Assembly (NCBI GenBank): GCA_964550615.1
Contig: CAZKAB010000002.1
Location: 15,731 to 79,730 of the forward strand
Origin: an uncultured Thermotogae bacterium
GTDB taxonomy: Bacteria > Bipolaricaulota > Bipolaricaulia > UBA7950 > UBA9294
Length of the DNA stretch: 64,000 nt
Reading direction: 5' to 3'
The translations under genes were made by a program, and so were the position numbers. Shown one piece after another: positions 1-9,402 of this stretch. The first letter of the stretch is position 1, and each line of letters starts with the position of its first letter. The notes beneath the pieces were generated by a model. That model was not told where the DNA came from. It worked only from the letters and a program-made list of their open reading frames with translations, and made no database searches.

Positions 1-372
1 ATCTTATTGAGCATATTTGAATACACTCATATCAGTTATTACTTGAACCTTGGATTCTTGCCCATCACATGGGCCCTAGGGCTTCCCATGAGTGTTGGAG
101 TGACGCTCATCTTTGGCGTGTTTCGCAAGGAGCTGACGCTGATCATGCTTTTCCAGGCGCTGGGCACAACGCAAGTGGCCTCCATCCTCTCCGCGGGGCA
201 GATGATGACATTCGCCCTGTTCGTGCTCTTCTACATTCCGTGTGTGGCAACGATTGCCGTGTTGACGAGGGAACTTGGTCGTGTGCGAACAGTCGCAATC
301 CTCGGGTTGACAACGGCGACCGCCCTCGTGGTCGCACTGGTAGCGCGCGGGATAGCGAGTATAATCGCGTGA
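1..372 (+). CDS. feoB: Ferrous iron transporter FeoB, C-terminal membrane (gate) domain; 5' partial at window edge
   Basis: Polytopic hydrophobic C-terminus (…GTTQVASILSAGQMMTFALFVLFYIPCVATIAVLTRELG…) typical of the FeoB C-terminal end; the frame is open from base 1. Confidence 0.6.
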   Translation: MLLSIFEYTHISYYLNLGFLPITWALGLPMSVGVTLIFGVFRKELTLIMLFQALGTTQVASILSAGQMMTFALFVLFYIPCVATIAVLTRELGRVRTVAILGLTTATALVVALVARGIASIIA

Positions 373-386
373 AATCCAACTCACAG

Positions 387-755
387 ATGGGAGACTTAAG
401 AATGGGCGATATGCGAGAAGCAATGCAGGATGTAAAGCGAGCACTCGGAGAGCTGCGGCGACAGGCACCGGAAACGATGGGTGACTTTTCGCAGTTTATG
501 GACACGACGCTCAAGCCGGGGGCACTCGATCTCAAGACGAAGGAGTTGATCGCACTTGGGATGGGGCTCACCGCTCGCTGCAAGTACTGCATAGGTATTC
601 ACACTCAGAAAGCGTTGGCTGCGGGTGCGACGGAGCAGGAGCTGTGGGAAGTGGCAGCAGTGGCAGTGATGATGGGCGGAGGGCCAGCCCTGACATACAC
701 GGCTGAACTCAACAAGGCGTTGCAGGAGCTCGCAGTTCCGGTGAAACAAGCTTAG
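387..755 (+). CDS. Carboxymuconolactone decarboxylase (AhpD-like) family protein
   Basis: About 120 aa with the CMD-family pattern (…DTTLKPGALDLKTKELIALGMGLTARCKYCIGIHTQKALAAGATEQELWEV…). ATG at 387; an alternative ATG at 402 is preceded by GGAGA. The N-terminal extension back to 69 in the ORF track is spurious. Confidence 0.7.
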   Translation: MGDLRMGDMREAMQDVKRALGELRRQAPETMGDFSQFMDTTLKPGALDLKTKELIALGMGLTARCKYCIGIHTQKALAAGATEQELWEVAAVAVMMGGGPALTYTAELNKALQELAVPVKQA

Positions 756-940
756 ATTATTGCGGTGCCGAAAGTGCGTTGGCGGCTATCATATCGCCAG
801 CGCCGTTCTTCTGGTAGAACTTGGCGATTGACTGAGCATGCACGCATCTTTCGAGCTGCCAATGGGTAGTGGTGCGCATTTTGCACCGCGTCCGCATTCG
901 ATGATGGAACAGTTCGGAACGCGCCGACGTGATTATGAAG

Positions 941-1262
941 GTCTGCACGTGTGCGGATGCGATCGTGGCAAGTGCGGGTGAAGAACGCGTGTTGTTCTCC
1001 GTGGTACCGAGGCAGGGCAGCGGTCTCAATTCCAGTTTGGAAAGTCGTCCAGTCCGTCAAGTGGTACTGGCAGGGGAAAGAGACATGCGGGCATTCGGTG
1101 TTTGATTCACACTTTCCTCACAGCGTGCACACGTCTTCTCTTCATTCGTTGGCTACTGTATTGTTACACGAGAGCAGCAAGAACAATTGTTACCTCCGAT
1201 CTTCCACAGCAGATTGCGAGAGCGGGGCCCCAAGCGGGCCCCGCTCTCTGTTTTCGTTCGGG
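941..1262 (+). promoter_or_regulatory. Candidate structured leader/attenuator upstream of proS (possible T-box)
   Basis: A 625-bp non-coding gap upstream of proS. Two similar motifs, GTGGTACCGAGGCAGGG (1011-1027) and GTGGTACTGGCAGGGG (1062-1077), resemble the T-box UGGUACC core. A strong intrinsic terminator lies about 130 nt before the proS start. Confidence 0.3.
1218..1258 (+). terminator. Intrinsic terminator hairpin (13-bp perfect GC-rich stem GAGAGCGGGGCCC/GGGCCCCGCTCTC, loop CAAGC) followed by TGTTTTCGTT
   Basis: Read directly from the sequence. No upstream CDS on the + strand within 460 bp, so it is an orphan terminator or attenuator. Confidence 0.6.
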
Positions 1263-1379
1263 GATCGAGCTGTTACACTTACGGGGTTGTCGCCGCATTG
1301 TCTCCGCCGAGTTTGTATGAGCGGAGAAGCGGCATAATCATCCGGCTTATCCGGGCTTATGTAGGAGGAGAGGATCGTT

Positions 1380-2831
1380 ATGGAAGTGCAAGGCGTAACC
1401 CCACGCAGTGAGGACTACTCCCGCTGGTACACCGATGTGGTGAAGATGGCGGACCTGGCCGATTACGCGCCGGTTCGCGGCTGCATGATCATCAAGCCGT
1501 ACGGTTACGAGCTGTGGGAGAACATCAAGAGCGGGCTTGACAGACGTTTCAAGGCGACCGGGCATCAAAACGCCTACTTCCCGCTGTTCATTCCCATGAG
1601 CTTCATCGAGAAGGAATCCGAGCACATAGAGGGTTTCGCGCCTGAGCTTGCCGTGGTGACGCATGGAGGGGGAAAGAAGCTGGACGAGCCGCTTGCGGTT
1701 CGGCCGACGTCTGAGACAATGATCGGCTACGCATTCGCCCAATGGATCAATTCCTATCGTGACCTACCCCTCCTTATCAACCAGTGGGCGAATGTGGTTC
1801 GCTGGGAGATGCGGCCTCGCTTGTTTCTTCGCACGACGGAGTTCCTCTGGCAAGAGGGGCATACCGCGCACGCAACCGCTGACGAGGCGAAAGAGGAGAC
1901 AATGCGCATGCTCGAAACGTATGCCGATTTTGCAGCTAACGACGCTGCAATACCGGTAATTGCGGGAGAGAAGAGCGCAAGCGAGAAATTCGCCGGAGCT
2001 GAGAAGTCGTTCACTATCGAGGCGATGATGGGGAATACTTGGGCGCTGCAGTCCGGAACTTCGCACTATCTGGGCCGGAACTTCGCGCGGGCGTTCGACA
2101 TCAAGTTTCTCAACGAGGAGAACGAACTCGAGTACTGTCATACCACCTCATGGGGCGTGAGCACTCGTATGGTAGGCGGTATCGTAATGGCCCACGGCGA
2201 CGACAAAGGTCTGCGGCTGCCTCCGCGTATGGCTCCTATACAGGTGGTCATCGTACCCATCTGGCGTACGGACGATCAGAAGGACCTGGTCATGGGCGCG
2301 ATCGAAGGAGTGAATCGCACGCTTACCGATGCCGGCGTGCGAGTACACGTAGACAGGCGAGAAGGGATTACGCCCGGGTTCAAGTTCAATGATTGGGAGA
2401 TGCGGGGAGTGCCGGTACGGATGGAGGTTGGCCCTCGGGACGTGGAATCCGGCACCGTGGTTATCGCGCGACGTGACGTTCCAGGAAAAGACGGAAAACG
2501 GACGCTGTCGCAGCAAGAACTTGAAGTGGCAATACCTCAGTTGCTTGTCGAAATCCAGGACCACATGCTAGCGCAGGCGACCGAGTTTCGCGATGCGCAC
2601 CTACATCGTGCCGGCTCGTACGACGAACTGAAAGATATCGTCAAGGACGGGTGGGCGCTTATCCCGCACTGCAATACAAAGGAGTGCGAGGAGAAGATAA
2701 AGAGCGAGACGAAAGCGTCATCACGCTGCTACCCTCTCGAAGAGAACAAGGGATGGAATGCGGGTGAGGCGACGTGTCCGGTCTGTGGGAAACCTGCCGC
2801 CGGACTTGCATACTTCAGTCGTGCATACTGA
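1380..2831 (+). CDS. proS: Proline--tRNA ligase (archaeal/eukaryotic-type class II ProRS)
   Basis: Full-length similarity to archaeal-type ProRS with a C-terminal zinc-binding domain. Strong RBS (GTAGGAGGAGAGG) before the ATG. Confidence 0.9.
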   Translation: MEVQGVTPRSEDYSRWYTDVVKMADLADYAPVRGCMIIKPYGYELWENIKSGLDRRFKATGHQNAYFPLFIPMSFIEKESEHIEGFAPELAVVTHGGGKKLDEPLAVRPTSETMIGYAFAQWINSYRDLPLLINQWANVVRWEMRPRLFLRTTEFLWQEGHTAHATADEAKEETMRMLETYADFAANDAAIPVIAGEKSASEKFAGAEKSFTIEAMMGNTWALQSGTSHYLGRNFARAFDIKFLNEENELEYCHTTSWGVSTRMVGGIVMAHGDDKGLRLPPRMAPIQVVIVPIWRTDDQKDLVMGAIEGVNRTLTDAGVRVHVDRREGITPGFKFNDWEMRGVPVRMEVGPRDVESGTVVIARRDVPGKDGKRTLSQQELEVAIPQLLVEIQDHMLAQATEFRDAHLHRAGSYDELKDIVKDGWALIPHCNTKECEEKIKSETKASSRCYPLEENKGWNAGEATCPVCGKPAAGLAYFSRAY

Positions 2832-2848
2832 TGAGAGAAGAGGTAAAC

Positions 2849-4129
2849 ATGGATTTTCTGCAGGAGCTTGAAAGGCGATTCTTGCGCTACGTGAAGATCG
2901 ACACTCAGAGCGATGAGTCTTCAGTAGATGCTCCCAGCACGCAGAAACAGCTCGATCTGCAACGGGTACTTGCGTCCGAGCTTTCCGATCTCGGTGCCGA
3001 AGATGTGCGAATTACAGACTATGGCTGTCTCTTGGGCACCATTCCGGCGAGGCTTGCTGCGGCCGATGTCCCGACTATCGCGTTTCTGGCGCATGTCGAT
3101 ACCGCGCCCGCGTTCAGCGGGACGGATGTGAAACCGATTGTCCATCGCGGGTACGGCGGAGAATCGATCTATCTTCCCGACGATCCCGCGCAGGTTCTAT
3201 CCCCTGACGAGATACCCGAACTGCGGGAGAAGATCGGTCACGATATTGTCACTGCCGGTGGAAAGACGCTTCTCGGCGCCGATGACAAGGCAGGTGTGGC
3301 AATCATCATGACCCTTGCCGCTCATCTTATGTCTCACCCGGAGATCTCACACGGTCCGATCCGTGTTTGTTTTACGCCGGATGAGGAAGTTGGACGAGGG
3401 GTGGAGAACCTTACCCTCGAAGACCTAGGAGCCGATGTCGCTTATACGCTGGATGGCGGCGCTCTCGGAGACGTCACATACGAGAGCTTCTCCGCCGATC
3501 GGGCGGTGGTGAAGGTCACGGGTGTTTCGATTCACACCGGAACGGCAAAAGGGAAGATGGTGAACGCCCTGAACTTGGCTGCACGGCTGATAGACTCACT
3601 GCCGCAATACACGCTCACTCCGGAAACAACCGGAGAACGTGATGGATTCATCCATTTGTATCGAATGAGCGGCACAGCGGCGGCGGCGGAGCTGCAGTTC
3701 ATCCTGCGCGATTTCGAGCTTGTAGGCCTCGCCGAACACGGGAGGCTGTTGCAGCAGGCGTGCGCTCTGATCGAAGCCGGCGATCCGCGCGCGAAGGTTG
3801 AGTGCACGATAACCCCTCAGTACCGGAACATGCGTTACTGGCTGGAGAACGACATGAAACCGGTAGATCTTGCAATTGCCGCGATCAGGGAGAGCGGTAT
3901 TGAGCCGACTGTTGTCCCGATCCGCGGCGGCACCGATGGGTCGCGCCTTACCGAAATGGGGCTGCCGACCCCGAATCTGTTCGCAGGCATGTACCGTGTG
4001 CACGGACCGCTTGAGTGGGCGAGCCTGCAGGACATGGAGAAGGCAGTCGAGGTTTGTCTTCGTCTTGCCGAGATGTGGGCCCAGGAGCCGGTGGCTGGCG
4101 GCGCGACGGCCGGCAGTACGTCGGCGTGA
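2849..4129 (+). CDS. pepT: Peptidase T (tripeptide aminopeptidase, M20B family)
   Basis: M20 metal-binding motifs (…AHVDTAP…, …GADDKAG…, …TPDEEVG…). RBS GAGAAGAGG before the ATG at 2849. The ORF-track start at 2774 overlaps the proS end and is rejected. Confidence 0.8.
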   Translation: MDFLQELERRFLRYVKIDTQSDESSVDAPSTQKQLDLQRVLASELSDLGAEDVRITDYGCLLGTIPARLAAADVPTIAFLAHVDTAPAFSGTDVKPIVHRGYGGESIYLPDDPAQVLSPDEIPELREKIGHDIVTAGGKTLLGADDKAGVAIIMTLAAHLMSHPEISHGPIRVCFTPDEEVGRGVENLTLEDLGADVAYTLDGGALGDVTYESFSADRAVVKVTGVSIHTGTAKGKMVNALNLAARLIDSLPQYTLTPETTGERDGFIHLYRMSGTAAAAELQFILRDFELVGLAEHGRLLQQACALIEAGDPRAKVECTITPQYRNMRYWLENDMKPVDLAIAAIRESGIEPTVVPIRGGTDGSRLTEMGLPTPNLFAGMYRVHGPLEWASLQDMEKAVEVCLRLAEMWAQEPVAGGATAGSTSA

Positions 4130-4132
4130 TCG

Positions 4133-4408
4133 ATGAGTCCGTTTGAAGCGTTGATGCTCCTTTGTTTTGGTGCCAGCTGGCCCGCCTCGATTGCCAAGGC
4201 CTTGCGAACAAAACAGGTGGCGGGCAAGAGCCCCGTGTTCATGATCCTGATCATGATCGGTTATGGCTGCGGAATCACGCACAAGCTATTGTTCGATCGC
4301 GACTGGGTTATCATCCTGTACGCGCTGAACTTGGTGATGGTTGCCGCCGACCTGTACCTTTACCGTCGTTATCGCCGCCCACTGGGGCAGCGACCGCAGA
4401 CAGGATGA
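4133..4408 (+). CDS. Small 3-TM PQ-loop / SemiSWEET-like membrane protein
   Basis: 91 aa and three predicted TM segments. The motif SWPASIAKALRTKQVAGKS resembles the PQ-loop of SemiSWEET/LAB_N-type proteins. Confidence 0.45.
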   Translation: MSPFEALMLLCFGASWPASIAKALRTKQVAGKSPVFMILIMIGYGCGITHKLLFDRDWVIILYALNLVMVAADLYLYRRYRRPLGQRPQTG

Positions 4409-4552
4409 TGGGCGCGATCTCCGGGACTGGCAAGGGCGACTTCGCCGGCTCATCGATGCAGAGGACGAGGTGCGGTTGCGCCGGGACACGAACCTAAAGT
4501 AGTCTACAAGTACTTATTGGTAGCCTTTGCAGATAGACAGGAGGAACAAATC

Positions 4553-5662
4553 ATGGTGGATGCACGCGTCGACAAGCTTGCACAGGTTCTCGTTGAATAC
4601 TCAGTGGGAGTGAAACTGCGGGACAAGGTTCTGATCCAGGGAGGTGCAATCGCTGAACCCCTGCTGAAGGCGATTGTGCGCAGAGTAATACAAGCGGGAG
4701 GGTTTCCACTCACAATCGTCTCACTTGCCGGTGGGGACGAGATCCTCTACCGCCATGGCTCGGACGAGCAGCTCTCACACATTCCTGAACCGATGAAGGT
4801 CGTTATGGAGACGTACGATGCGAGTATCTCTCTCATGAGTTCGGAGAACACAAAAGGGCTCTCAAATGTACCTCCCGAGAAGATGGTTGTGGCGAGCAGG
4901 GCGCGAAAGGACCTCATGAAGACGATGATGCAGCGCGCCGGCTCGGGCGAGTTTCGCTGGGTAGGGACGCTCTTCCCGACGAACGCCTATGCACAAGATG
5001 CAGAAATGAGTCTTGTCGAATACGAGGATTTCGTGTTCTCGGCGTGTCTTCCGAATCTTGAAGATCCGGTTGGATATTGGAAGGAATTCTCCCGCCGGCA
5101 ACAGAAGATCGTGGATTTCTTTGTCGGCAAGAAGCAGGTTCATGTGACCGGACCGGATGTCGATCTGAGGCTTTCCATTGCCGGGCGCAAGTTCATCAAC
5201 TGCGATGGCAAGAACAACATGCCTGATGGAGAGGTATTCACCGGTCCGGTGGAAGAAAGCGTCGAGGGACACGTTTGTTTCTCCTATCCGACGACCTATC
5301 AGGGACGGCGCGTCGACGGTGCGCGCTTATGGTTCGAAAACGGGAAAGTCGTGCGCGCTACGGCCGACAAGAACGAAGATTTCCTGCTACAGACGATCGA
5401 CACCGATGAGGGGTCGCGATATGTGGGAGAATTCGCGCTTGGAACAAACAACGGGATCACACGCGCTACCGGCAATACTCTGTTTGACGAAAAGATCGGC
5501 GGCAGCTTCCACATGGCGCTCGGCGCAGGGTATCCAGAGAGCGGCAGCAAGAATGAATCATCGATCCATTGGGACATGGTCTGCGATCTCAAGAACGGCG
5601 GAGAGATTCGCGTTGACGATGAGGTTGTCTACAAGAACGGCGAATTCCTGATTGACTTCTAG
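4553..5662 (+). CDS. Aminopeptidase, M29 family (AmpS/PepS-type thermophilic metalloprotease)
   Basis: M29-family similarity throughout (…FALGTNNGITRATGNTLFDEKIGGSFHMALG…). AGGAGG RBS before the ATG at 4553. Confidence 0.8.
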   Translation: MVDARVDKLAQVLVEYSVGVKLRDKVLIQGGAIAEPLLKAIVRRVIQAGGFPLTIVSLAGGDEILYRHGSDEQLSHIPEPMKVVMETYDASISLMSSENTKGLSNVPPEKMVVASRARKDLMKTMMQRAGSGEFRWVGTLFPTNAYAQDAEMSLVEYEDFVFSACLPNLEDPVGYWKEFSRRQQKIVDFFVGKKQVHVTGPDVDLRLSIAGRKFINCDGKNNMPDGEVFTGPVEESVEGHVCFSYPTTYQGRRVDGARLWFENGKVVRATADKNEDFLLQTIDTDEGSRYVGEFALGTNNGITRATGNTLFDEKIGGSFHMALGAGYPESGSKNESSIHWDMVCDLKNGGEIRVDDEVVYKNGEFLIDF

Positions 5663-5678
5663 CTTGAGATGGCGCTGG

Positions 5679-6149
5679 CTATTCGCCCGCGGCTCTTTTT
5701 AGAAGCGCAATCTGACCGGCGTGGTAGATGATATGTTGAACGTATCCGTGGAAGTTGTTGTAGGCGGACCTTCCTCCTGGGATAAGCGGCCGATCAAGGA
5801 GCTCGGGCGGAAACGCAGCGATCGCACTCCGTAATTGCACTTCGTTTTCCTCCAGCTTACGCACCGCTTCTTCCCAGGTAGCGGTCGTCGACTGTCTGAC
5901 GGCGGGCCAATCCTCTGCCGGCGGCAGCTCCGTCGCTGTAGGATCGCCCTCTATCCGACGGTGCATCAGACGTTGTGTGGCGGACAAGTGAAGGACTATC
6001 TCCCATATGCTATGCGCATCAGCGATCGGCCGGCTGAATGCGGTTTCGGCGCCGATCCTCACGAGAATCTCGAGAAGAGCCGGTCCGTGCCAGGCATCTC
6101 CCTCAAGTGCTTGTTTCAGTTGCTGGCAAATCCTATCAGTCTCGCTCAC
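5679..6149 (-). CDS. DinB/YfiT-like (DinB_2) family protein
   Basis: DinB-family four-helix-bundle signature with conserved His residues. Overlaps the stop of the upstream YjbR-like gene by 4 nt (same operon). Confidence 0.7.
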   Translation of the reverse strand: MSETDRICQQLKQALEGDAWHGPALLEILVRIGAETAFSRPIADAHSIWEIVLHLSATQRLMHRRIEGDPTATELPPAEDWPAVRQSTTATWEEAVRKLEENEVQLRSAIAAFPPELLDRPLIPGGRSAYNNFHGYVQHIIYHAGQIALLKRAAGE

Positions 6150-6544
6150 GCCGCTTTATCCCTTCCGATTATCGAACGGGTGTTCTCCATGCCGACAAGC
6201 TCTCGACGCGCTGCCCTGGTCAGACCCGCGACGACCAAATCGTATGACTCATCGATCATCTCTTCGATCTCGTCCGTTGGAATTGTCCCATCCAGAGTTA
6301 CTGTGTTCCAATGCCGCTTGTTGGTGTGGTAGCCGGGGGTGACGGCGTCGTATACGTCGCGCAGAATTAGGCCATGATCCGGGTCGCACTTTAGCGTGAT
6401 TCGAATTGGGCTTTGCTCGGAAGCAAGGATGGCGAACATCTTGCCCATCACCTTATACACGGGGGTTTCCGGATCGAACGGCCGCTCTTTACAAGCCCCT
6501 TGCTTGCTCATCAGATAGGCATGAACATCGGCAAGCGTCATCAT
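6146..6544 (-). CDS. MmcQ/YjbR family DNA-binding protein
   Basis: YjbR-family similarity. Start refined to the MMTLADVHAYL… ATG at 6544, which has an AGGAGG RBS. The ORF-track start at 6607 is a non-RBS extension. Confidence 0.65.
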   Translation of the reverse strand: MMTLADVHAYLMSKQGACKERPFDPETPVYKVMGKMFAILASEQSPIRITLKCDPDHGLILRDVYDAVTPGYHTNKRHWNTVTLDGTIPTDEIEEMIDESYDLVVAGLTRAARRELVGMENTRSIIGRDKAA

Positions 6545-6612
6545 GTGAAACCTCCTGGTGCGATTGTATCTGCGCTCTCCCCATCCTACCATGACGTGCA
6601 TAGGCATTGGGA

Positions 6613-7482
6613 ATGATCAAGGACATTGAGGCAAAGGTACTCGTCAGTCGCGTCCGCGGACCGGATCCCTGGTTCGGCCTCCACTACGGCATGAACCTCT
6701 ATCGCGGCTGTCAACACCAATGCATCTACTGCGATTCACGGAGCGCTTGTTATGAGATTGAGGACTTCCGCGACATCTTGGTCAAGAGAAACGCAATCGC
6801 GCTCCTGGAGAAAGAGCTTCCCAAAAAACGGGTGAAGGGTACGATCGGCACCGGGTCGATGAACGATCCCTACATGCCGGTGGAAGAGGAATTGAACCTC
6901 ACCGGACGGGCATTGGCGGTAATCGCCAAGTACGGCTTCCCCGTCCACATCATCACCAAGAGCGACCTGGTGCTGCGCGACCTTCCGATCTTGAAACGGA
7001 TCAACCGCGTCGGCGCAGTCGTGTCGTTCACGATTACGACTTGCGATGACGCACTTGCCGCGAAGGTCGAGCCGTATGCACCTCCTCCCTCGGCGCGGTT
7101 ACGCGCCATGAAGAAGATTGCAGCGGCCGGCATCGAGACGCGGATTGCGATGATGCCGATCCTTCCATTCATTGAGGATACGGACGAGAACGTCACCGCA
7201 ATTGTGAATGCGGCCGGAGCCTGCGGAGCCAAGACCATCATCCCCTGGTTCGGAATGACTCTGCGCGATCGCCAGCGCGCCTACTACTACGATAGGCTCA
7301 ATCGCCTCTTCCCCGGATTGCGTACTACCTACGAGAAGACGTTTGGCGATCGCTACGAATGCATCTCACCACGAGTCGCTCATTTGGCCGCCCTTTTTCA
7401 TCGCATGTGCGAGAAGTGTCGGATCGAGACTAGCGTGGAACCATACGTGCGCGACAGATGGAAGCAGCTCGGTCTGTTCTAG
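6613..7482 (+). CDS. Radical SAM protein, SPL/SplB-like (COG1533 'DNA repair photolyase'-type)
   Basis: CxxxCxxC radical-SAM motif (CQHQCIYC) near the N-terminus, in an SplB-like family. Transcribed divergently from the DinB/YjbR pair. Confidence 0.7.
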   Translation: MIKDIEAKVLVSRVRGPDPWFGLHYGMNLYRGCQHQCIYCDSRSACYEIEDFRDILVKRNAIALLEKELPKKRVKGTIGTGSMNDPYMPVEEELNLTGRALAVIAKYGFPVHIITKSDLVLRDLPILKRINRVGAVVSFTITTCDDALAAKVEPYAPPPSARLRAMKKIAAAGIETRIAMMPILPFIEDTDENVTAIVNAAGACGAKTIIPWFGMTLRDRQRAYYYDRLNRLFPGLRTTYEKTFGDRYECISPRVAHLAALFHRMCEKCRIETSVEPYVRDRWKQLGLF

Positions 7483-7647
7483 ATCTTCTTGCGGCAATGT
7501 CACAGTGTCGGGATTGGTTGCAAGAGAATCGCTCGATTTGGCGGTTGAACATCGACTGATACTCCGCAATACTGGGCAATGGGCAGTATCGGCAGGTTTT
7601 CGCAAGACAGCAAACGAAGTCGTCCGCATGTTGGCACTGAGAATGCA

Positions 7648-8562
7648 ATGAACGTACTTGAGGTAGTAGATATCAGCAAGCGATTCGACGGCGTCGAAGC
7701 CGTCTCATCCGTCTCGTTTGCGGCGAAGCGGGGTGAAATTCTCGGACTCCTTGGGCCGAATGGAGCGGGAAAGACGACGACGATTCGCATGATAATGGGA
7801 ATAATCAGACCCGATTCCGGCGATATTCAGTTCCTATTCAATGGGATGCCTGCGACGATCAACAAGTGCCGGGTCGGTTATCTTCCCGAAGAGCGGGGGC
7901 TGTACGACGATGCTCGCGTACTTGATACACTAGTCTACTTTGCGGAGCTGAAAGGTGTGCCGCGCTTTGATGCTCGCGTACGCGCATTGGCCTGGCTTGA
8001 GCGACTGGACCTCTCTTCCTGGGCGACGCGCAAGGTAGAGGCGTTGTCCAAAGGAATGCAGCAGAAGGTGCAATTCTTGGCGGCGATTTTGCATCGTCCC
8101 GGCCTTGTTGTGCTCGATGAACCGTTCTCCGGTCTCGACCCAGTTAACCAGGATCTGTTCAAAGAGATCATTAGCGTGCTGAAGAGAGATGGGATGACGA
8201 TTCTGCTTTCGTCTCATCAGATGAACCGGGTGGAGGAACTGTGCGATCGGATCTTCCTGATTGACAACGGACGATGCGTGTTGTACGGCGAACTCGACGG
8301 GATCAAGCAGGCGCACGGCGAGCATGCTGTGAAGCTGCGTTTTGCGGGCGACCCGGCGTTCCTGGCCGAAGACGAGAGGATTAGGGCGCTCAAGCTCTCC
8401 GATGATAGGGCGCTTTTTGTCCTGCGCAAGGGCGTCGATCCGGACTCGTTCATCCGAGACATCCCGTCGCGGATTGTGATACGTGAGATTTCCGTCGAGC
8501 GCCCGGCGCTACACGACATCTTCGTTGACACAATCAAGGGAGGTGGAGATGAACCTCTATAA
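7648..8562 (+). CDS. ABC transporter ATP-binding protein (ABC-2 / NatA-like exporter ATPase)
   Basis: Walker A GPNGAGKTT, ABC signature LSKGMQQK and Walker B LVVLDEP. Start at the MNVLEVVD ATG. Confidence 0.85.
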   Translation: MNVLEVVDISKRFDGVEAVSSVSFAAKRGEILGLLGPNGAGKTTTIRMIMGIIRPDSGDIQFLFNGMPATINKCRVGYLPEERGLYDDARVLDTLVYFAELKGVPRFDARVRALAWLERLDLSSWATRKVEALSKGMQQKVQFLAAILHRPGLVVLDEPFSGLDPVNQDLFKEIISVLKRDGMTILLSSHQMNRVEELCDRIFLIDNGRCVLYGELDGIKQAHGEHAVKLRFAGDPAFLAEDERIRALKLSDDRALFVLRKGVDPDSFIRDIPSRIVIREISVERPALHDIFVDTIKGGGDEPL

Positions 8563-9400
8563 GGTTGCTCGCTGGGAGTTTCGGAGGAGCGTCATGAGCA
8601 AGGGTTTCCTGATCATGACGGTAATCATCCCCGCTATTATCATGATCGCCGTGTTTCTGTTTACAAGTATCGCTGACGGGGGTTCCGCAGCGAAACCTGC
8701 GCCTTCGTACGTACTCGCGGTCTTCCTGTCACTTCTCCTCGTTCTGGGGGCATTCATCTCCGGCATCATCGTCTTTTACGGTGTTTTGAAGGAGAAGGGG
8801 AGTCGTGTGGTTGAACTCGTGCTTTCATCGGTGTCGTCAAACGAGCTCATGACCGGAAAGATCATCGGTCTTGGGATGGCGGGATTGATACAGGTTGTCG
8901 TCTTGGTGTTGACCTCATATTTCGTTGCCGGGAGGTTCATGACGATCTCACTGTCTGTTTTGTCTCCGCTGCAGCTTGTAACCTATCCCCTTTACTTTGT
9001 CTTCGGGTATCTATTGGTGGCAACCCTATACGCGACGGCGGCGTCGACAATGAAGGATGTGCACTCGGGTGGACCGCAGGGCGCGGTTGGCCTGGTCTTC
9101 TATCTGCCGATGATGTTCTTCCCGGCGATCATCGAGCATCCCGATCTTACTTGGATCCATATCGCCGGATTCTTCCCGCCGTTCATCCCGGCAGTGATGA
9201 TGATCAGGATGGCAGTGAGCAAGGTGGCGTGGTGGGAGGTCGCATTGAGTCTTGCGATACTCGTTGTATCCGTCCTCCTCTTGATGCGATTTGCGGCGAA
9301 GGTGTTTGAGGTAGCGATGCTGATGTACGGAAAGACCGCGAGCCTACGCGAGATCTGGCGATGGGGGGTGCGTCGGCACGGCGCGGACCCAAAGGAGTAG
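8549..9400 (+). CDS. ABC-2 family transporter permease
   Basis: Six predicted TM helices with an ABC-2 permease pattern. GGAGGTGGAG RBS before the ATG at 8549, which overlaps the ATPase stop. Confidence 0.75.
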   Translation: MNLYKVARWEFRRSVMSKGFLIMTVIIPAIIMIAVFLFTSIADGGSAAKPAPSYVLAVFLSLLLVLGAFISGIIVFYGVLKEKGSRVVELVLSSVSSNELMTGKIIGLGMAGLIQVVVLVLTSYFVAGRFMTISLSVLSPLQLVTYPLYFVFGYLLVATLYATAASTMKDVHSGGPQGAVGLVFYLPMMFFPAIIEHPDLTWIHIAGFFPPFIPAVMMIRMAVSKVAWWEVALSLAILVVSVLLLMRFAAKVFEVAMLMYGKTASLREIWRWGVRRHGADPKE

Positions 9401-9402
9401 CA

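Noticed and set aside
69-386. 228-aa ORF-track version of the CMD protein overlapping the feoB 3' end
   Set aside because: The N-terminal 106 aa are low-complexity and overlap feoB in another frame. The conserved CMD domain starts at ATG 387 or 402, which has an RBS.
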